DNA of 58,449 nucleotides, from assembly GCA_032718475.1 (NCBI GenBank), contig JAUCBJ010007639.1, forward strand, positions 1 to 58,449, in the 5' to 3' direction. Numbering within the stretch: position 1 is the stretch's first letter; every line of letters starts with the position of its first letter. A program made the translations under genes and the position numbers. Below are positions 50,421-58,449 of the stretch, piece by piece. Origin of the DNA: Nemertoderma westbladi (lineage: Eukaryota; Animalia; Xenacoelomorpha). Under the pieces are notes generated by a model, which worked only from the letters and a program-made list of their open reading frames with translations, searched no databases and had not been told where the DNA came from.

Positions 50421-51771
50421 TTACCGCAAGTAGAGACCACAGAACGGTAATGAATTTTCTGATTACCCCGCATACTGATATTTCTAGAATATTAATTACA
50501 CGTACAAGTTGGAGAGTTTTTAAAAACAATAATTAATTAATATTCTAGAATAAAGAGAAAAAACAAGCGAATTATAGCGATTTAAGTCTCCAAATTTACA
50601 CCTTAGTATTTTAATAATATCTTTGGCAATTTTGGGTCAAATTTAACAGTTTTCAGATTCAGAATCTTCAGAAGAAGCCGATTCTAATTATATCTAGATT
50701 ACATTCCAAAAGAGTAAAACATAGCCGACGGAGGTGCTAAATATGGCGAAATATACGATTTTTAAAGGCTTGTTGTATCAAAATAGCTCATATATTGAAA
50801 AATCCGGTTTTGCCAGCAGTAACAAAAATTGTCGAACTATCATCCTACCAAATTTGGTAGCATAAGATTGAAAAATGAGAAAAATTAGGCCCCATAAAAA
50901 TGGTTGTTGAAATAAGGGAGATGGTGAAGACCTAATGTGTAATTACAGTAGGCCTACTTTAGATTTCCAGCTGGGGTGAAATATGAGTGTTTTTTTTTTA
51001 TCAGGTATATTTATAATTAATTAATATAAAAATTACATTGCCACATTTGACAACATAAGTAATAAAATTTATTTATGAGTATTTTATTTATTTCTAGTTA
51101 TACATAAGAGTTATTTATGAACCAAAGCACAGCTATAATACTAGTAGTACAGCGGTTATCTCCAAAACACCCTCTTGTGACTGTGAGTGGTGTTGACCCA
51201 CTCTCAACGTGTTATTATTAGTTCTTCGATGAGCCCCGCCCGATGGATTGTAAATGGAGCGGGTTTATGAAGGGGGACCGTACTTTTAGAAGATTGATTG
51301 AATACCACGTCGTTGCGTCATATTCATCTTTAAAATAGAGCATTCGAGATCTTTGTCAACTCGAAATGCAACAATGTCAGCTTCGATTCTGAGAAACCAT
51401 TCGACCAGTTATAAAAGTCACTGATGGTGATAGCCATAAACATCTCTCTCTTTCACCATGGATTTATTCCGGAGCAGCACCTACCTGGTACAATAAACCC
51501 AAAAAGTGAAATCCCTGCCATTCAGCAATGTACATCAACCAATAAGCTGCATGTTTGCATGAGATGAATGAATCAACCCACAATGAATGAACAGCGCTGT
51601 TAGTGACTAATAGCAGCATAACTTCAGAATTTATAGTGGACCCTCCTGACAGAGTGATTTTTATGAACTGTAGGCCAAGGCCAGTACAGCTGTAGGCGTA
51701 CTGCAGTACAGCTGTATATGGTATATGAATTGTACTGTACTGACATGTAAATGTTTATGTAAATCGGTACA

Positions 51772-53241
51772 ATGAGTTCCATGCCAGCATCGGATCATCC
51801 TCAATCGAACTCCTATTCTATTCGTTCCTCCTATTGCAGTTCCTCCGAAATGTATCGCAACATAAGTTGCCCCTTATGTTACGGGAATAAACGACCTCTC
51901 ATGTGTCTAACTTGTCTGAGAAACAAAAACTTTTCATATTCAAATAGAAAATCCCCCGGCACTAGATCGTTAACATATAAAGAAATACAAAGCGTGATAT
52001 CGAAGTTAATAGAAGAAAAAAATAATTCGTTAGGGGATATAAACTGTTTGGAAGTAGGTGCGACTTCCAAATACGAACTTGTCACTAAAAAGAAACGCGA
52101 AATAATGGAGGGTAAACAACGAGTTGATATATTACGTAGATATATTAAACTCTACAAAGAGAAATCTTCATCCCACCAAAGTAAACTTAGTTCATTAAAT
52201 GATTCGTCCCACAAACTTAGTAATAAAATCAAAGAATTACAGGATAAATTACATCGGATCAACTCAAATAAAGTTAAACTTGTTAACGAGGTCGAAACGA
52301 AACAGAATAAACTATCGACTCTTTGGGCGGAAGTTGCTGATCGTAGAAAAGTCCTGCTAACCCACCTCAACAGCGATATATTCGAGATAAAAGAAATCCT
52401 ACAGACACAACAACCCGATAGTTTAAACCGAGCAGCGATGGAAACCTCGCTAGTTGCCGCTCTAGCAGATGCCCAACGTACGACTTATGTCTGCGGGAAG
52501 TGGGTTGAATGCGGGGCTGACTGCAGCGGGTTATCCTACTCCATAGTAACGGCGACGTTACAAGGGGACTCCGATTACACTGCTATCTTATCGGAAGTTA
52601 GAGACCCTCCAGGTCTATATAGTCTCAAGGCACTACCAGTTAACATTCTAGCCGCTCTATCCCATGTATCACAACTTCTCTCGATACTAGCCTCCCTACT
52701 AGACGTCTGGTTGCCATGGACTATCTCTCCGTCTAAGTTTACCACCGAACTCATTTCCGCCCCGCAGTTTTTCACTCTCGTGGGGCGGGTTAACTACAAC
52801 GTACTGCGTTTATGCGTCGCCCAAGGGATCGGATTTCACGAACTCCGCCCAACGATAACCCTCGGGAATTTACGACGGCTCTTCGATTCCCCGGGGGTGG
52901 GTTTGTGCGGCCGGGTCTCCAGTTGGGACGACGAGTCTCTCTTGGTTGCTATGGAGACGGCCATCGATGACTGGCTCGGTTTATTCGGCTGCCATGGCGA
53001 CTATGACGACGGCGAAGTCCCTGATACCCCGATCTACTTGGACAACGAGTGGGAGGCGATATCGTCGAACCTAGACATCCCCGAAGACGAATTGGCCTCT
53101 ATCGAACAACAGACTAGGTCAATAAGGTCTGCCAGCAGCGGCGCCGAGTTGGTCAACTCGTTAGCCAATCTATGGCGCGTTGCCACTAGTTACACTAACA
53201 TCTCTAATCAAACTAATAAACCAAATGAAAGTGATCATTAA
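51772..53241 (+). CDS. ATG14: Beclin-1-associated autophagy regulator (Barkor), intron-free CDS, 489 aa
   Basis: N-terminal CPLC...CLTC, a long coiled coil and ALADA.RTTY..G.WV. Acidic DNEWEAI is a LIR-like motif, and the C-terminus has an amphipathic (BATS-like) helix. Confidence 0.9.
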   Translation: MSSMPASDHPQSNSYSIRSSYCSSSEMYRNISCPLCYGNKRPLMCLTCLRNKNFSYSNRKSPGTRSLTYKEIQSVISKLIEEKNNSLGDINCLEVGATSKYELVTKKKREIMEGKQRVDILRRYIKLYKEKSSSHQSKLSSLNDSSHKLSNKIKELQDKLHRINSNKVKLVNEVETKQNKLSTLWAEVADRRKVLLTHLNSDIFEIKEILQTQQPDSLNRAAMETSLVAALADAQRTTYVCGKWVECGADCSGLSYSIVTATLQGDSDYTAILSEVRDPPGLYSLKALPVNILAALSHVSQLLSILASLLDVWLPWTISPSKFTTELISAPQFFTLVGRVNYNVLRLCVAQGIGFHELRPTITLGNLRRLFDSPGVGLCGRVSSWDDESLLVAMETAIDDWLGLFGCHGDYDDGEVPDTPIYLDNEWEAISSNLDIPEDELASIEQQTRSIRSASSGAELVNSLANLWRVATSYTNISNQTNKPNESDH

Positions 53242-53735
53242 TTAATCTATACTCTCCATTGTAATCATTTGTATATACAGTATGTATCATTTTATTGAAC
53301 TATTAATTAAGTAAGTGTAATTATTACTGTATTATTTAAATATAATTATGTTACGTGTTTATGTAGCCCAAGATCTGAAATATTCGTTATTTTATATCCC
53401 AATAGTAGATTTTAGTTGTAATAACCTAATATTATTCGCAATGTTATTGATGCAAAGATTAAAGATATGTTACTCATAAACTAGAATAATGTTTTAAATT
53501 TTATTATAAAATTGCTGTCTAACTTCTATAAACAAATGTAGATTAAAGTTACAAAACAAGGCTGGTTATTAAACAGTTATGTTACGAAACGGAACAGATT
53601 TGTTCAAATTTTAATGGATTTTATTACAGAACCGTTTTTTTAACATTAAAATACGTTACGGTACTGAATTACTATAAGTTACTTAACTCATCACTTATTT
53701 AACTCTTAACTTATTTAACTCTTAACTTAACTTAC

Positions 53736-54890
53736 TTAACCCTATTAGTACCGGGCTATAAAATGTTGTACAAATTCCGGGGGGTGGGGGTCATATTGAC
53801 CCCCACCCCCCTATAAAATCTACAAATTTTTACGACGAAAACGCTCATTTTTTTGTTTGTACATAGGTATTACTAGTCTGGATCCGAACGAAAAAAAATT
53901 CTCGAAAAAATGTACTAGGGTGGTTATATTGCAGCACCAAAATTACAAGTAGTGCACAATTTTCACAAAATTTGAAAGTTACATTTTCGGCTAATTGTTT
54001 TTCAATACAGGTTTTCTGGGGCGCAAAATACATTGAAAAATATTTAAAAATGATATGATTACTATAAATGGCTGTTTAGTCCTCTCTGCGTAGGAAAAAA
54101 ATGAAAAAAACAAGTAATTAGCACTTTTCAGTTAGAACACAAAATTTTTAATTCATTTACGCTATAAATTCACGTTTTCAGGGTTTCTAGGGCGCTGATT
54201 CTAATTGAATACATTTCTAATATGCCAGATCATTGCTACTTGTATTTTTCGGCGTAATTTTGCAAATTTTGGTGCTTGCACCAAATTTCGTCCCCATTAC
54301 CAAAAAGTACAATTTTGAAATGTCCAGTGCTGTTTTTATTGATTCCATCGGATTCAGGACCCTCATAAACCTGTATAACGGAAGAAACAAGATGATACTG
54401 TCGACTGATCAATTTACTTATTTTCAAAAATTTGGTGCTGGCACAACAATTTTCAACCACCGGCGAAAAATACAAGTTTGAAAACTCTTATGAAATTTTT
54501 ACTGATTCCATTGATTTCAGAACCCTCACAAACCCGCATAACGCAAGAAATAAGGTGACACAATCAATTGATATATTTGATGGTTTTCAAAATTTGGTGC
54601 TAGCACCAGATTTTGCACCAACTTCCGAAAAATACAAGTTTGAGATGTCTAGTTCGATAATTATATATTCCATTGAATTCAGAACAGCCATAAACCTCCA
54701 AAACGCAAGTAATAAATTGTCACAAGCAATTTATCTATTGAATGGATTTTTAAAAATTTCATGCTCTAGCACCAAAATTTGCACACAGCACCGAAAAACA
54801 GAAGTTTGATACGCTTGGTGCAACCCGTATATATTCCATCGAAACCATAGAACCCAAAAAAACACAAATTGCGTAAAATACAAGTTTCAA
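53736..54890 (+). mobile_element. piggyBac-like non-autonomous element, truncated copy 2
   Basis: Begins TTAA-CCCTATTA with the same ggggtca...tgacccc hairpin as at 48950. Shares ~680 bp, inverted, with copy 1. Confidence 0.65.
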
Positions 54891-54904
54891 ATAAAAACTT
54901 ATTT

Positions 54905-55088
54905 GGAAACTTATTTAACACTTAACTTGTAACTTATTTAACTCTTAATCTGTAACTTATTTAACTCTTAACTTGTAACTTATTTAACACTTAACTTGTA
55001 ACTTATTTAACACTTAACTTGTAACTTATTTAACACTTAACTTGTAACTTATTTAACTCTTAACTTGTAACTTATTTAACTCTTAATG
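54905..55088. repeat. 23-bp TTAA-rich minisatellite (related units also at ~53680-53739)
   Basis: Repeats of cttaacttgtaacttatttaac(t/a). Confidence 0.9.
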
Positions 55089-56338
55089 TAAAAGCCTTTG
55101 CTGAATTGCCCCGTTATTTTTATTATCTTTTACATTAAAATACTCTGTAGTTGATTTAATAGGTGTAAGAGACCGTATTATTGCTGTATCGGTGTTTTTT
55201 AGAGGATCTAAGACCTATTTCCTCCGTATGTGTACTGTGAAAGGCATAGTTGATGATTCTATGGCAATTCCGTGACGCAAAAGGTGATAGCTACTCTTGA
55301 ACAGTAGTTACTATGACGACGGTTAACAGCTGATATTCATACGTGTTGATTTTCTTTGTTCTACGGCATCTCTCAGTTTAGTCAGCCAATCAGAGCATTT
55401 TTATGGCTCTTGTACAGAAATTTCCTAGAAATCACGCAATGCTTTATGTGCAGTGTTTACATTCTGTCCTGAGCCAGGAGAGAGCGGCTTGGGAATATTT
55501 TGTGCTTTTCTGTTTTAGCCTAACACTAGTAGGCTTAATTATAAGGACATATATCCGTTAGCTAACTAACCACACTTACTTACTGACACTGCATACTGTG
55601 TAACACTGTGCATACTTTATATTGTTATACTGCTATTTACTGTCGGTTCTTCATAATATGGTTGATGAATTATTATATTTGGAATAACGATAAATAACCC
55701 CGAAACCCAATATTCTTGATATACCGAAGGTAAGAGAGAAAGGTTACATATAATGATTGTGACTTATGTTAAAGTGGTTTGAAGTGAATCTAATGTTATT
55801 TGATAGACCCTACATGAGTCGGTCTGTGTTCTTTTTATATGTGACTAAAATCAGTGAAGATCGGCAGATTAGTGTGCAGTATTGTGCAGCATTGTGTATG
55901 AGTGAGACTGATAACGAAGCATTTCCTAAAGAATGCGCCATATATGTGAATTATAACTAAGCCATATCGTTGTGAGTAGTTTAAGTCATAACTCTGTTTT
56001 TATAGATAGAGCGCCACGTCCTAAAGGAACTGTTAATATTCCCCGAAGGTGAATAATATTGTCAGAGATTATATAATACTGTCAATCGAATAATACATTA
56101 GGCTTACATAGCAATAAGATTAAGCCGTCGAACCCAATCTCCCGGGTATATCCAGCGGGTGAATGATCGCGCACAGATTGGTTTCGACTAGTGTAGTGAA
56201 TCAAATACTTGTCATAGGCTAAAAGTAATTTATTATCTAGAAGACATCCTAATTTGGCGGGTTAAACTGCCAAAGGTCTGAAAGCGCGAACAATAACGGA
56301 TATCGCTTCTTTATTGCAGTAAGCAATAAAGTTGAAAG

Positions 56339-56480
56339 TACCGGTAAACCTGAACGGTACATCTGTAGGTCAGTAGGCCCAACTGCCAGAACCGGTACTG
56401 CTGTAGGTCCGTAGGTCCAACTGCCAGAACCGGTACTTCTGTAGGTCCGTAGGCCCAACTGTCCTAACCGGTACTTCCAG
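56339..56480. repeat. ~38-bp minisatellite, ~3.5 copies
   Basis: Unit accggtact.ctgtaggtccgtagg.ccaactgccaga. Confidence 0.85.
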
Positions 56481-56519
56481 TATAAGTACCATTAGTATTA
56501 TTCGATTTTGATTATTGTA

Positions 56520-57600
56520 TACCGGTAGGTCTCGATATTAAATCGGGGACGCCTGGTTTTTATTGGGATTTTACTTAGGTCTATTTCTGTCAGTTTTATT
56601 TCCTAGTAAGTTAATATTGAGCTGAAGACGTGTAAGTCTGCTCAGATTGTTCAGATAATTGTAGGCCGGACTATTGTCGGACTGTTGTTGAGTCTGGAGA
56701 GATTGCTGCGTGTGTAGAGTTTGTCTGATAAAGTGCCAGTTAGTAAGTTGGGGCAGCCAGTGCTGTAAGGTCAATCCCCTCTTAAAGAATAAGTCGTGCT
56801 ACCGTGTTAGAACGCATACTAACTAACCATTTTGGAATCTGCACATACTGTAGTTTATTTAGGCTTGACAGTATTCTGCCAGCGTTTTGGCCTGAATTTG
56901 ATAATTATATACCGGTAGGTCTTAGTACTTAATCAGGGAACGGCCGCCCTGGTTTTTTATTGAGATTTTTACTTATTTCTGTCAAGTTTTATTTGTTTGT
57001 AGGCCAGTATTGAACAGAAGGCGTGTAAGCCTGATCAGATTGTACAGACAATTTGTAGGCTGAGCTGTTGTCTGATTGTTGTTAAGTCTGAACGGATTGC
57101 AGTGTGTGTAGATCATCTGTCCGATAAAGAACGGTTAGGAAGTAGGGGCAGCCAAAGCTGTAAGGTAAACCCCCAACTAAAGAATAAGTCGTACTACTGG
57201 GTTAGAACGCATACTACCTAATCATTTCGGAGTCTGCATGTCCTGTAGTTTATTTGGCTTGAGAGTAGTCTGCCATCGTTTAGTCTGTACTTTGTTTGTG
57301 TAGTCTGTACAGGTAGCGTATAATATTTATTTAGATAATTTGTAGGCTGGATAGTTGTCTGGCTGTTGTTAGGTCTGAACGGATTGCAGTGTGTGTAGAG
57401 CCTCTGTCCGATAAAGAACGGTTAGGAAGTAGGGGCAGCCAAAGCTGTAAGGTAAACCCCCAACTAAAGAATAAGTCGTGCTACTGGGTTAGAACGCATA
57501 CTACCTAATCATTTCGGAGTCTGCATGTCCTGTAGTTTATTTAGGCTTGATAGTAGTCTGTCAGTATTTGGTCTGCATTTTGTTTGAGTGGTTTGTACGC
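56520..57600. repeat. Diverged long tandem repeat (~390-bp unit x2 plus a partial third copy)
   Basis: accggtaggtct occurs at 56521 and 56911. aaagaataagtcgt.ctac...gttagaacgcatacta occurs three times. Confidence 0.9.
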
Positions 57601-58449
57601 TTAGCGTAATATTTATTATTCAGAGTTTATGCGATTATTCGCAACATTCATTCCCCAAGTTTATTCCTACAGTAATTGTGTTTGTTATACATACCGCTAT
57701 AGTTAAATTAACCCCGGTACTACACGGGCTGCTTGGCGTAGGTAAAGACTGGTGATTTTGTGCACCGGTCACTCCAGCAGATGCCGTGGTTCTTTTAGCT
57801 GTTCAAGTATATTTAACTACTGATTATATGTTGTACAAGTACTCGTACCTAATTTAGGGTTTAGTGTACAGTGCTTTCCGAAAGTAATTAGTGTAGACAT
57901 TATATTTGTATTGTAAAGTGGTTGATAGGCACGTTCGATTAGCTCTATTAACTTCTAGGTAGGAACACTCCGTGATACATAACGTAGTACCTATAGCGAT
58001 ACGGCTATAGGTCGTCAGGCGGTGGTATTTTCCTATCTGGACAACGCAGTGTATTTACTACTACGTATTATTTTCAAATACCGCAGTACCCTGTCCGTTG
58101 TAATAACCAGAATTCTAACCCTTTGTTAGGCTGGTTTGTAGACTTCTTGTAAAATTACCCTGAAAATTCGTATTTTGTGTTTTTTGTAAATTTTTGTGTT
58201 TATTTAGAGATTGTAATCTCACCCGAATTGTAAGTAATTTGTAGTATTAAGTAACTTAGGTAAATTAGTATTATTTGTTTTAGTGTCCTATAAGTAACAC
58301 TTCACTGAAAGCGCACCGCTTTGTGTAGTGATTACTCCCCAGAAATAATAACATTTATTTCAAACAGTGACAAAACCCATTAAACGGGTATATATATATT
58401 ATAAATCAACTCAAACGATTTATAAATAGCAGGCCTACCATACAACCAA

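Noticed and set aside
54233-54809. ORFs shared with 49524-49811 suggesting a duplicated gene
   Set aside because: Translations of A/T-tract subrepeats in a non-autonomous DNA transposon, with no transposase motifs.
56520-57600. Retrozyme (tandem ~300-400-bp units with hammerheads)
   Set aside because: No complete hammerhead core found in any unit on either strand.

Overview
AT-rich, repeat-dense metazoan (invertebrate-type) nuclear DNA with GT-AG spliceosomal introns. I see no prokaryotic systems and cannot name the species. Six host genes are supportable. (1) The 5' six exons of a PLAT-domain lipoxygenase (- strand), which runs off the left edge. (2) A 4-exon secreted, probably GPI-anchored mosaic protein: signal peptide, two YWTD beta-propellers, a mucin stalk of ~55 TTTKDQ[Q/P] repeats and a Ly6/uPAR-like three-finger domain. 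(3) EFCAB5-like. (4) An SLC17/sialin-like transporter. (5) A 7-exon type II membrane protein with three F-type (fucolectin) domains. (6) ATG14. EFCAB5, SLC17 and ATG14 each have an intron-free CDS. Introns and intergenic DNA hold decayed non-LTR retroelements (L2/CR1-, RTE- and CRE-like), Penelope-like RT and GIY-YIG remnants, an intact minimal type I hammerhead ribozyme, tRNA-derived SINEs, MITEs/foldbacks, piggyBac-like non-autonomous pieces and several minisatellites. All calls come from reading motifs by eye; no searches were run.
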